NCBI GenBank assembly: GCA_963823665.1
Contig: CAWGMQ010000006.1
Location: forward strand, 1,248,001 to 1,312,000
Direction of reading: 5' to 3'
From: an uncultured Planctomycetota bacterium
GTDB taxonomy: Bacteria; Planctomycetota; Planctomycetia; Isosphaerales; Isosphaeraceae
Length of the DNA: 64,000 nt
Part shown: positions 52,511 through 63,904 of the stretch, piece by piece
How positions within the stretch are numbered: the stretch's first letter is position 1
Layout of the letters: each line of letters opens with the position of its first letter
Notes under the pieces: generated by a model
What the model saw: the letters and a program-made list of their open reading frames with translations, nothing else
Told to the model about the DNA's origin: nothing
Database searches by the model: none
Position numbers and translations under genes: made by a program

Positions 52511-55500
52511 ATGAGCGAGCAGACCGATTTCAATCTTGCCGGTCTCGATCTGGAGATGGCCCGTCGGATCGAGGGCGTGTGCCGCCGGTTCGAGGCCGAC
52601 CGGCGCGAGGGAAAGCGGTTGGCGGTCGAGGAGTATCTCGGCGACGTCACGGAGGAGGCCCGAGCCGCGCTGCGGTGGGAGCTGGAGGCGCTCGAGCACG
52701 AGCTGCGTCGGCCGGACGAGACGGGCGCGCTGGTGGAGGCGAGCTTGGCGGCCGTTCCGCATCCTTCGACCGTTGCCGAGGCACCGACCCTGGCCCCGGG
52801 CGCGGCCCCGGCGATGCCCGTCACGGATGGAGTGGCATTTTCGGCTCATGAGGAAGTGACGGTACCGCCCCGAGACGCGGGCACGGTCGATTTCGGACCG
52901 CGTGTGCCGGCGACGCCTGGCGCGGCAGGGCCTTTGCACGTCCGCTACTTCGGCGACTACGAGATCGACCGCGAGCTGGCGCGCGGCGGCATGGGGGTCG
53001 TCTTCGAGGCACGGCAGTTGAGTCTGAACCGCAAGGTCGCGCTCAAGATGATCCTCGCCGGCCAGCTCGCCGACGATATCGACGTGAAGCGCTTTTATAC
53101 CGAGGCCGAAGCCGCGGCCAACCTCGACCATCCGGGCATCGTGCCGATCTTCGAGGTTGGACAGCATGAGGGCCAGCATTACTTCTCGATGGGCTTCGTC
53201 CAAGGGCAGAGCCTCTCGCAGCGGCTGGCGCAGGGACCACTGCCCGCTCGAGAGTCGGCCGAATTGATTCGCCGGGTCAGCGAGGCCATCGAGTATGCCC
53301 ACGGACGCGGCGTGATTCATCGGGACTTGAAGCCAGCCAATATCCTGATCGACGCGAAGGGAAATCCGCGGGTCACGGATTTCGGGCTGGCGAAGAAAGT
53401 TCAAGGGGACAGTGGGCTGACCGGGTCGGGCCAAATCATGGGCACGCCGAGCTACATGCCTCCGGAGCAGGCCGGGGGGAAACGCGGCGAGGTCGGGCCC
53501 GGGGCCGACGTGTATTCGCTGGGGGCGACGCTTTATGCCTTGCTCTGCGGCCGCCCGCCCTTTCAGGCGGCCATGGCGATGGACACGGTGATCCAGGTCT
53601 TGACCGACGAGCCGGTGCCGCCGCGGCGGCTCAATCCATCGATCGCACGCGATCTGGAGACGATCTGCCTGAAATGTCTGCAGAAGGAGCCGGCGAAGCG
53701 GTATCACTCTGCGGCGGCCCTGGCTCTAGAGCTTGCCCGGTTCCTGGCCGGTGAGCCGATCCTGGCGCGGCCGATCGGCGCACCGGCGCGGTTCTGGCGC
53801 TGGTGCCGGCGGCGGCCGGTCGTAGCTGGACTGGGCGTTGCTGTGGCGGCACTCGTGCTCTTCGTGGCCATCGCCGGCCCGCTCGTCGCAATCAGCCAAT
53901 CCCAACTCCGGACCGTGGCCGATGGCGCGCGACAGGCCGAACTAACCCGCCGGATCGAGGCGGAGAAGGCCGGGTACGAGGCAACAACCAAGGCCCTGGA
54001 GGCAGACGAAGCCCTGGTGCAATCGTACCTCAGTCAAGCGAATAGTCTTCGTCATGTGGGGCGGTTCGGCCGCCAAGGCCGCGCGCTCGAGCTACTGAAG
54101 CGGGCCGGCGGCCTGAAGAACGATACGGGCAACCTTGTCGTCAAGCTCGAAGCCGACCCGGCCGGTTTGCGTGCGGCGACGGCGAAATTCTGCGCGAGCA
54201 ACTGCCGCGACTGCGCAGCGAGGCCGGACTCTGGTTCGACGAGACTTCCATGAATGTGGTTTCCGCCACACGTTTCCCGGTCCTGGCGCGTGCTCAGAAC
54301 GGCTCGCCCAATCCCGTCATGATTTCCCGGTCGGCGCTCGCACTCAGCCACGATGACAAATGGCTGGCCTATTTACGAATCGGACCCGAAGGAGTGGACG
54401 GGCACGCCGAGCGATTCCTGGAAATCATCGAAACCAACACGGGGAGCACTCGCAGCTTGAAGGTGGGCTCTGACAACGGGATCCGATCGATCAAAGCCGT
54501 GGCTTTCGATCAGGGCGACGAGACCGTGTTGCTGGCAAGGACAGAAATGGACTACCCAGTCAGCCTGGTGTGCCGGATCGAGAAGTGGTCGCGCGTGTCC
54601 GGCAGCCTCGAGGGAACGGTCACTTTGCCGTTACCGCCGTCGCGCATTTTCGCTAACTTGCCGCCTAGCGGCCGGTTGGTCTTCAGCGCCGACAGGCAAT
54701 CGCTCTTGCACATGACCTTTGAGCCCGATACGCCGTCCTCCGTATGGGGTCTCGCCACGGGAAAGCTCGTGCGCGAATTCGAGCCCGCGTTCACCGCGGA
54801 AACATTCTTTCCGGACGGTCGCCGGATCATCGGGATGACCGGATCGAAGGTCCTTGTCCGCGACGTCAAAACAGGCGGTACGACCAATCGCTGGATGCTG
54901 CCTGATGGTCGCACCTCAATACTGGCGAACTTGAGGTTCAATCCAGGGTCCGAGCTTCGCAGCTCGTTCCAGGCGGACGCACAGAGCCTATGGGTGAGCC
55001 CGGATGGTCGATGGCTGGCGGGTTTGGGCCAGACCTTGAAAGAGAAGAATTCGCTAAAGAATCCGCTGGCCAACGTCGAGATGCCGACGACCGTCTATCT
55101 TTTTGATGCGGTCGCCGGGCAACTTCGCGCGGATTAACATCCCTGACGTCCCGAGTGGGACACCGCCTGTAGGCCCTGCTCCACAGTTGGCGTTTGACTG
55201 TGAAAGCCGTTCTCTTGCAGTGGCCACGGTCAAAAGCCTTTCGGTCTTTTCGGTTCCGCAGGGCGACTTGCTCGTCTCTGCACCATTGCCGGAGCTGAGA
55301 TTGGGGCCTGGCGCCCAATCCAGTGCGACGGAGGGAAGGCCGATCTTCGCGGTGCCCACCGGCCTGGTTTTCGCTCGCGGGGCGGCGCAGTTATTCGAGG
55401 CCATCCACCCGTCGAATATGGATGGGTCCGCCATCGACGGCTCGAGCCAGTCGGCGAAGCTTGTCGAGCAGGTCGTCCTGGCATGGGACATGACCGTTGC

Positions 55501-58099
55501 CAAGACCAAGCTAGAGGCGTATCGCCATGACGGGCCCATCCGCGCCGTCAAGATCGACCCGCGCGGACGGTTCGTCGCGAGCGCCGGCGACGAACGAATG
55601 ATCCGCGTGTGGAACCGGAGCGGGAGCCTCCGGTGGTCGGTTGGTCAACCGGGCGCGGGAAGCCTGTATTCGCGAACTGAGACGATGAGCGACAAACGAA
55701 CGCCGTGGCAAAGTGGAATCTTCGATCCGACGGGTGCGGTGGTTCTGACGCGGTTTGATGAGCGCGTCGATGTCTGGGACGCGGCCACGGGAGAGCGCAA
55801 GGGGACTTTTCCATCGGCGCTTGCCAGAAGCCCGGATCAGCGGTATCTGGTCGTTCCCGCGGGTGACGAACCCGCGGCGGCGAGCGCGATTCGCGTGATC
55901 GACCTGGCGCGCAACGCGACTGTTCTCTCGATTCCCATCGCGGACGGCAATTCGCCGGCGAGATCCGACGAGGCCGGGTTGCGTCAGCCGAACGACAAGC
56001 CGCCCCAAGTGTCGTTCAGCCCCGATTCCCGGTTCTTGATCGTGGGCGAGCGGGCGCCCAGTCAGCAGGCAGCAAGATCGCCGGCCCTTTTGATCGCGGA
56101 CCTAGCCCAGTCGCGCCTGGTCGCCCGCCTTGAAAATGGCGGTCAGTGGGCGTTCGGTCCCGCGAGCAAGGTCGTTGCCGTGCTCGATCCGATGGCCGAA
56201 AACGCGGTGCTGCGAGCCTATGAGCTAGCAACTGGACGTCTTCTGAACGAATTCAAGAGCCCGATACCCGGTTTCGCGCCGTCTCTGCCAGACGACGCGT
56301 ATCGTTCCACGTGGATTGCGCCTGACGATCGAAAAATGGCCGTGCGGCTGGAACGCGGGACGTCGGGGCAACGGGAAATGAAGTTATGCGTATGGGAGTT
56401 CGAAAACGGTCGCACGATACCCATTGACGGGGACTGGGCACCCTGGGCCTTGCGAGGCGAGCGGTGGACGTACTTTGATCAGGACGGCACTCGTCTACTC
56501 ATTTCGGGTGTCCGAAGGAATTCCATTCTAAACGTCGTCGAACTCTGGGATCTCGCCGGGCCCACGCGGCTCATGGCGACCGATCTTGAGACTCCCAAGC
56601 TTTCCAGTGCGTCGCCAAGGCTGGTGTTTCATCCGAGCCAGAGGGCATTCGTGACCATGCACGAAGTGACCTTACTCGGCCCACAAGAAAACCCGAAGCG
56701 TATCGGGGCAATTCTGTGGGATACGGCGACGGGGAAGCGTGTCGAGCAGTATCAGGGCGTTTTCCTCGAACAGACTGAAGACGGCGATTACATCCGGCTC
56801 TTCAATTCGGCTTCGACTCAGATGTCGTTCGTTTCGCTCGCGACCCACAAGGTTGGCACGGTTCCAGGGCTGCGATTTCACGCGCAGTTTGGCACACGAG
56901 GGCGTCGGACGGCCGCGTGGAGCCGGGCTGTGGCCCCGAGTCGAGCCGGTGGACGATGGCAGCTCGATCTCGTGTTGACCGATCTGGATAACGGCGGAAC
57001 TCGTGCAGTGCTTCCGGATCAAGCGGTGCTGGCTGGCGGATTCACGGCGGATGGCAAGCTGCTGGTGACGCAACCGTCGGAGAGCCCCGAATCGCTGAAT
57101 GTATGGGAGGTCGAGACGGGTAAGCTCGTGCGGGCCGTTTCCTTGCATCCCGCGTCGCGCAGGTCTGTTCAGAACGGGCTCACCGACGTTCATTTCAGCC
57201 CCGACGGGAAGCGACTGGCGTTCAACCTCAACGATCGATTCCGGGTGCTGGACGTCGAGAGCGGCCGCCTGCTCGCGATCGACGGGCGGCCCGGGCACCG
57301 GGCGGCGATCCGGGCGATCGATGTCAGCGGGGACGGAGCCCTCATCGCGTCTGCTGCGGACGATCTGGCGGTGTGCCTCTGGGAGGCTGCAGCAGGTCGC
57401 TTTGTAGCGATGCTCGAGGAAGAGGAAAGTCCCGTCGCGACCCTCGCGTTCAGCCCGGATGGCCGCAGCCTGGCGGCACGTGGTATGACCGGACGGGTGC
57501 GGGTGTGGAAACTCGATCGAACGCGGGCCGGAGATCGGGTCGCGGTCGTCGCGACGCCGGCTTGGGATACGAATTCGCTCGGACCGGCGGCTTTAGCCCC
57601 GGCAACGGCGGGCCCGGTATTCGTCTCCGGAAGCGGGCTGATCGCATTCGGCGCCGGGGATGGGACGATCTCGCTGAGGGACTCGTCGAGCGGCCGGGTC
57701 GAGCGAATTCTCAAGCCAGAATCGGGCCAGGCCGCCGTGACGGCCCTGAGCGTGCGTGCGCAAGGTGACCGACTCGCCTCGGCCGACACGGCGGGGATTG
57801 CCCGCATCTGGGACCTGGCGGCCGAGGCACCGCCCTCCCGGCTGGTCACCAATCAGCGCGAGATCCGCACGATCGCATACGCAGGGAGCGTTCTCGCAAT
57901 CGCCGGCAGCTCGCTGGAGCTTTGGGACGCGGGCACCGGAGATGAGCTCGTAACGCTGGCGGCAGACGCGCGCGCCATCAATTGCCTGGAGCTTGCAGCG
58001 GACGGGCGAATTCTGGTCACGGGTGACGATCGCGAGCTTTTGGTCCGCGACATGGGCGAGATCCGCCGGCTCATGACCGAGATCGAGCTGGGGTGGTAG
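52511..58099 (+). CDS. Ser/Thr protein kinase with TM and WD40 repeats (frameshifts near 54192 and 55127)
   Basis: ARGGMGVVF, HRDLKPAN, DFGLAK, GTPSYMPPEQA; WD40 repeats in ORFs 54250-55137 and 55103-58099. Confidence 0.85.
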
Positions 58100-58440
58100 G
58101 CGTGCGGGGCTCGGGGGTGGCTCGTGGAGCGACATGGAGCGCCGATTCGCTTCGAGCCCGCAATCGGGGGCTGGCACCGGCGTCCTTGGCCGGAGCTAGC
58201 CCCCATTTGCTCCCGCTCTTGGGTTGAGCTGACGGCGCACGGCTGCCTCATCGGAGCGGGGCGTGAAGTTGCTTTCTTGAGATCAGTAACGTTCCGCTTG
58301 GCAGTTTTCAAAGCGCAATGAACCAAGTACTACCACCGTCATGTCACCGACGCTGGAATGTAAGATCTTCAGCAAGCATTGCCACGCCTGACGATCGCAA
58401 GTCGATTGGGAACTGTGCATATGCAAGGGCGCCGAGGGGT

Positions 58441-58758
58441 ATGGCAAAATATAAGGTCGAAATCAACGGTGCGAACTTTCTGATCGACATGGACGGTCGC
58501 ACCGCGAAGCACGGATTCTTCACCACACGCTTTGTTCAGGCGGCGGATCCGGCCGGCGCGGAAAACGCCGCAGTCCAAATCATCCGGGAGACCCAGAGGA
58601 TTCGTGATCTCGTCAAAAATGCTCCTGATGATCCTCCTATCATGGACGTGACGTGCGTCGTCGAGCTCGCGTCCTTCGATGGGATCGAGAACCTGGAGCC
58701 GGGCTTAGCGTGGTACGAGGAGAGCCCGAGACGCTGGTGGCAGTTCTGGAGACGCTGA
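58441..58758 (+). CDS. Small hypothetical protein ending in RRWWQFWRR
   Basis: GAGGGG RBS-like sequence before ATG; GFFTTRFV.A motif; Trp-rich amphipathic tail. Confidence 0.65.
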   Translation: MAKYKVEINGANFLIDMDGRTAKHGFFTTRFVQAADPAGAENAAVQIIRETQRIRDLVKNAPDDPPIMDVTCVVELASFDGIENLEPGLAWYEESPRRWWQFWRR

Positions 58759-58764
58759 GGGGTC

Positions 58765-60069
58765 TTACCGCTCAGATCCCGCCCCGAATCCTAGCGTTCT
58801 CAGAGCCGACTTTACGCGCGCGTTACCCTCCAGATACCCGATCCAACCGTCAACGACGATGCCGTCGCCGTTGATCAAGTAATTGAGGGGTATGGTCCCG
58901 ACGCGGTAATCCCGGGAGTAGACCTCGTTCGCCCCCGGCGAGTCGTCGAGGATGTTCGGGAAAGTGATGCCCTGCTTGCGGAGGTATTCCCGGGTGACTG
59001 CCCTGTCGTCCAAGACGTCGACTGCCAAGACCACCAGGCCCTGGTCCTTGTACTTCGCGTAGAGTGATTGAAGGTACGGCATCTCCTGGCGGCAGGGTGG
59101 GCAGCCGACACGCCAGAAGCAGAGCCACACGGTCTTGCCGCGGAAGTCCGACAGCTTGATCCGCCCTCCGTCGACCGAGGTCAAGTCGAAGTCGGGGGCC
59201 TTCGAGCCTGGCTTGAGGAGGCGGTTTTCTTCGTCCGGCAACTTCCACTGCGTCCAGCCCGTGGGGGGCGTCCAGGCGAACGTTGCGTCCGGGATCTCCT
59301 GGTCGACGGTCACCGACGACCATTGCTCGCGCGTGACGACCTCGGAGGCCACGCGGACGACTTCTTTCAGCTTCCGCGGGAGATGATCGCACTTCGACAA
59401 CCAGAGGTACCAGCTTCGCTGATGGTCCATCAGGCTGACCTCGATCTTTTCGCAGTCCTCGCCCCCGATCATTTCCGCACCGGCCTTTCGCACGGCGTCG
59501 ACGTATCGTTCGGTCGAGTCGACATGTCCGTGGAACGTGCTGGCATCCACGATCGGGAGGCCCATCTCGGCCCCCAGGAACGGCGCCTCGTGCGCGATTG
59601 AGTGCTGGCCGCGGGGAGCAGGCTTGGTCATGTACGACGTGAACCGCGTCTTTCGGCCTGCTTCCGACTCAACGACATACTGCCACTGCGGACGTCCCTT
59701 CGGCCAGTGAATCCAGAGACTGGTCCCGTCGCCGATGAGGACCCCTTCCAGTTCGCCGGAGCTCGATCGCGTCTCCATGCGGAAGAAGTTGGGTTTCTTC
59801 AGCCACACCCGGTACGTGTGGGCGGTCAGAAAGTGCCCTTCGGCCTCGCACTCGTAGCGACTGGTATAGGACAGGGATCTGGCTTGATGCATCGCCTCGA
59901 TCATTCGGTTGTACGCCGCGTGTGCGGCGGGTTCATCGGCGAAGGCTGGCGCGTCAAGACCCGCGGCGTTGACGGGCGCGGGGAGGAAGAGCCAGGCGGC
60001 TCCGGCCAGGCGGATAATCGCGGAGGCGATGCTGCTACGAGTGGTCGCCGGAATGTAAGATGGATTCAT
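58765..60069 (-). CDS. Secreted LolA-like (DUF2092-like) domain fused to a TlpA/redoxin domain
   Basis: LKKPN.FRME; APDFDL...LSDFRGK.V.L.FW..GCPPCRQEMP. Confidence 0.85.
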   Translation of the reverse strand: MNPSYIPATTRSSIASAIIRLAGAAWLFLPAPVNAAGLDAPAFADEPAAHAAYNRMIEAMHQARSLSYTSRYECEAEGHFLTAHTYRVWLKKPNFFRMETRSSSGELEGVLIGDGTSLWIHWPKGRPQWQYVVESEAGRKTRFTSYMTKPAPRGQHSIAHEAPFLGAEMGLPIVDASTFHGHVDSTERYVDAVRKAGAEMIGGEDCEKIEVSLMDHQRSWYLWLSKCDHLPRKLKEVVRVASEVVTREQWSSVTVDQEIPDATFAWTPPTGWTQWKLPDEENRLLKPGSKAPDFDLTSVDGGRIKLSDFRGKTVWLCFWRVGCPPCRQEMPYLQSLYAKYKDQGLVVLAVDVLDDRAVTREYLRKQGITFPNILDDSPGANEVYSRDYRVGTIPLNYLINGDGIVVDGWIGYLEGNARVKSALRTLGFGAGSER

Positions 60070-60353
60070 GGCCGATCCCGACTCCCTATTCGTTTCCCGG
60101 CAGCAAACGGGCTCGAGCCTGTGCCAGGTGGAGGCAACCTGGCTCAGGAGCCGTCATGCGACCGGTGTGACGATCGTCGCGTTCCACGGTTCATCCGACA
60201 ATTGTAATGAGTGTCCGCTGGGCGGTCCATCCAGAAATGCGTTGATCGGGTCGCACCGACTCTGATCCTTAATTTGTAAGGAACTGATTCAGCAAGAGTA
60301 AGCCCTGAAAGATTCTGTCAGGACACACGTACAACTTGATAGGAGGACCACCG

Positions 60354-61144
60354 ATGCGCCAACCGTAACGACCAGCTTTGAGATCTCTGACGTCAAACCG
60401 GCGACGGAACCGCTATCCGAGGCTCCCTACAAGCGGGCGCTTGAGGCACTGCTCACGACAGGCATTCTCCCGAACGAACGGCAGTTCCTCGAAGAGTTGA
60501 GAGGCATGCGCCGGCCGATACCCATTCCCGAACCGCCTCCGTCAATTCCGGTGGAAGCCTGCTCGAGATACCACGGGCGGCTTCTTGCCGATGTCTCTTT
60601 TCACCCGGTTGTCGCTGCCGTTCATCTTGCCTTCATGGATCACCGCCCTCTATGCCTCTCGCCCGACATCGTCTGGCTGATGATCATTCAGGGCGTCGCC
60701 AATCACATCAACGCCAACGCCGACGAACTCCGACCGAAGCTTGTCAGTCACCTGGGCAAGCCCACAATCGAAGTGCGACGGGATGATTTCGTCAAGGGTT
60801 CGCCTGAGAATCCGTGGCCGGAGGTCTTCAGCGAGTTCTCGACGCAGATCCGGGATCATGTCGGGGCGAGCATCGAGCAATTCGTCCCTGCTTTTTCTAC
60901 CACGGGTCCGGTGGAAAGAGCCGCAGCCGAGGTTGTGCTGCTCGACGGCATGCGATCGTACTTCGAGTATGTTGTCCGATTGCCAGCTGGCTTGTCCACG
61001 GCGCCGTTCCGCTGGGACTACCTCGATCGATCCTTCAACATGGAGTTCCTGGGCGGGTTCGTGGGTGTTGCTCAGGACCAGGAAACACTTACACTGCGAC
61101 CCGAAATTGGATGGGCTGTGAGAGAAGCACCGGCGGTTGGATGA
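60354..61144 (+). pseudogene. DUF4419-like protein with a start frameshift and an apparent in-frame internal deletion
   Basis: AGGAGG RBS; AF.DHRPL.LSPD.VWL.I.QG, FSTTG, YFEY joined directly to PAGLS.APF.W...GGFVGV.Q...LRP.IGW. Confidence 0.7.
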
Positions 61145-61312
61145 TTCGTCTCGGCGATAGTCACGGCCGATGGGAAATCGCTTTCGCCCTCCAATCCGAA
61201 CGTCCGCACAGCGCTTCCGGTCCACAAATCTGAAGGGTAGGCGATGCTGTGCGGGTGGGAAGGCGAAGGCAAGGGAGAGATTTAACCACAGTATGCTATA
61301 TTCAGCATATGC

Positions 61313-61879
61313 ATGTTTGCTCTCTCGTTCTGCGCATCTCGATCGGCGAAAAACAACGACGTCCTGGCACACCCTGACGAGGAGCCTGGGGCCAGCACCG
61401 ATCCCAAGATTTATTGCCAATGGATAAAACTTGAAATCGAATCGGATAAGAGCACTTATAAGGTTGGTGAACCGATTGAAGTAAAATATAAAATTAGAAA
61501 CGCTACAAAGAACCTGACGTTACAGGTGCGCGTCGAGTATGCCCCTCACCGCGTGGTGACATTCAAGGTGAGACTGCCCTACAGCATGACCGACCTGCCA
61601 GAGATGCCGCCGCTTGCGGGGCTTCCGAAGATTCTCGGTCCGCGCAACACTCGTTATGTCGGCCCAGAGGACGCATACACAGGAAGTTATGTCGTAAGCT
61701 CTGCAAGCGGTTCAAACTCCTTGAGGGTCGTTCCGTCGCGCCAATTCGATATGAGCGAACCACGGACATATATGGTTTCCGCTGAAGTTGATCTTGTTCA
61801 TTTCATTGACGATGGCGCCGCTGGGGCCGGCACCGTTCGGAAGACATCGAATACCATTGAAATCAAAGTTGTCGAATGA
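61313..61879 (+). CDS. AT-richer hypothetical Ig-like protein
   Basis: DK..YKVGEPI.V.Y.I.N ... FDMS.P.TY ... SNTIEIKV. Confidence 0.6.
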   Translation: MFALSFCASRSAKNNDVLAHPDEEPGASTDPKIYCQWIKLEIESDKSTYKVGEPIEVKYKIRNATKNLTLQVRVEYAPHRVVTFKVRLPYSMTDLPEMPPLAGLPKILGPRNTRYVGPEDAYTGSYVVSSASGSNSLRVVPSRQFDMSEPRTYMVSAEVDLVHFIDDGAAGAGTVRKTSNTIEIKVVE

Positions 61880-61992
61880 CCAAACGGATCTTATTCGTTT
61901 CGCAAACTTGCTATTTTGACGACTCAAACGGTGCGACCGTGGCTAGCCGTGCCATGTTGGAGTCGTCTGCTCGCGCGGGCTTCGCTGTCACC
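61876..61992 (+). pseudogene. N-terminal fragment of a GT4-like glycosyltransferase, cut off at the composite repeat
   Basis: RILFVSQTCYFDDSNGA.VASRAMLE...RAGFAV, followed by repeat DNA. Confidence 0.55.
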
Positions 61993-61994
61993 AT

Positions 61995-62252
61995 GGGGCT
62001 GGAGGCTTGTCGCCCCTGGCGCTCGAAAAGAGTTGAACATAAGGTAACGAAGACAACGAAGAAGAACATAAGGGTCTGAATGGGCGATCTGGCGGCGCTC
62101 CACGGAACCGACCACGGCCCGGACGCATGACGTGATGTGCAGTCCGGACGAAGCTGCGTTCCGCCGCGTGAACCTGTTCAGTCAGCAACGGGCCGAGAAT
62201 GAACTGCCTGAATGTTTGGTCCTCGCTCCGCGAGGGAGCGTGCCTTCGCGGA
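61995..62252. repeat. Composite repeat copy D; continues at 63905-63932 after the IS
   Basis: Colinear with ~45645-45907. Confidence 0.8.
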
Positions 62253-63904
62253 GAGGCTGTCATCTTTTGGCCGCGTTGCGGTAACTCGGCCGTTGGGCCT
62301 AGTCGGCTGTGATTCACCGCTTGGTCGCTCGGTTAGTGCCGCCGATTCACGCCAGTTCTCCAATAGCCCAGCCGTTGACGCAAACGCGCTTTCCTATTTT
62401 GTCCCTTTTTTGCAAAGTACCGCTCATTCCGCCAGTTTGCCCATCGCTGGGCGCAGTCTCCCTGCGACAACCAGGTTGTGAGCAATTGCAAACAACAATG
62501 CGACGGCGCGGCAACGCGGTTGGCCACGCACGGGCATAAACCAGAATCCTCGATTGCGAGCCTGGGCGTTGACCCACTCGGCTGTTTGGCCTCGCAGCCG
62601 GTAGATCAGCTTCGCGGCCTCGGTCCCCATTCGGATCCGCCAAGCGGCAACCGCTTCGCTGTCGCCCTTCTTTGCGGTGTAGGGATCTTCTCCATTTGCC
62701 TGTTTCTTTTTCTCGTCTCTGATCGGCCCGTATACGATGCAGCCGCGTTGGGCCGCCTGATCGATCGAGTCCTTGGTCGTGAAGCCACCGTCAACCAATG
62801 CCTCATCCGGAATTCGTTCGTAACGCTCCTCCAACTGGTCGAGCATGGGCGGAAGTTCTTCGCCATCGTTCCCTGCGTTGGTCACCTCCACACCCACAAT
62901 CACACCGCTTTCGGTGTCTGTTGTGAATTGAACGTTATATCCCGGCCGGAATCCTCCGTCTGGAAACTTCATGATCCTCGCGTCGGGGTCGGTGGTCGAA
63001 GCACGCGCTTCCCGCCCCTTGCGGCCGTAGGACTCGTCACGTTCGCGTTGCAGCTCCTCGCACTGCCGCATCGCTTCTTCGATCCGTTGCTGTCGCTTGT
63101 TGGCGGCACGCTCCCGCGCCGCTCGCTGCCGTCGAGTCAGCTCTGCTGTGTCCTCCTCGGCCAGTTTCTTCAGCGCCTCAACCTGCTCCTTCGCCGCTTT
63201 CAGGCACTCCTCCAGGCTACCGCGACGACGAAACGAGCTCTTGCCCGCGCTGGCACGCACTCTCATTCCGTCCTGAGCGACCCGGTCCATTTTCACCAAC
63301 CCGGCATGGAGCAGGGTGCCCACGATCTGCGTGAGCAGTTCGTTCAACTTCTCGCCCCCACAAGCGAGGAAGTGGGACAACATGCTGTGGTTGACGGTTA
63401 CGCCGCCGCACAGCCACTGGTACGGCAGACTCCCTTGGTTCTTTTCGCACAGCCGTTCGATTTCACGGGCGCTGCCGACTCCCTTCAATGTGGCGAAAAC
63501 CCGCAATCCGACCAGCAAGCGCGGGTCGGTGGCATCTCGGCCGACATGTCGCTCGACGGCCTTGATCTCGCCGAGCCAGGCTTTCAGATCGAGCTTGCAG
63601 ACCGCCGCCCAGACGACCCGGGCCGGATGGTCGGCCTCGAGCAATTCATCGAGCGATGCCCAGCGCATCTCGATCTGGTCGCGTACGGGACACCGCAGCC
63701 GCGGCTTGCCAGTTGGCATCGACTGGGCAGCCTGGGCGGGAGAGGGCTGATCGGGCAAGTCTTCTGGGCTAAAGAGAGGAAGTGTCATGACGCTCGTCCT
63801 GCAACACCGGGGCTGCGTGGGGCTCATGCGGCGGACTACATGCATGGTATTAGAACGTGAACACTATACAAAATCAACCCCAACGCCGAAAAAATCACAG
63901 CCTC
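62253..63904 (-). mobile_element. IS1182-family insertion sequence, copy 3 (transposase 62424-63788)
   Basis: Same length, IRs and protein as the other copies; flanks are GGA (left) and GGG (right). Confidence 0.92.

Noticed and set aside
1013..58099. Programmed ribosomal frameshifting in the kinase genes
   Set aside because: No slippery heptamers, and the shifts go in both directions; sequencing error at GCGC is the simpler explanation.
58100..61300. Integron cassette array
   Set aside because: No convincing attC (RYYYAAC...GTTRRRY) sites, no integrase, and mixed gene orientation.
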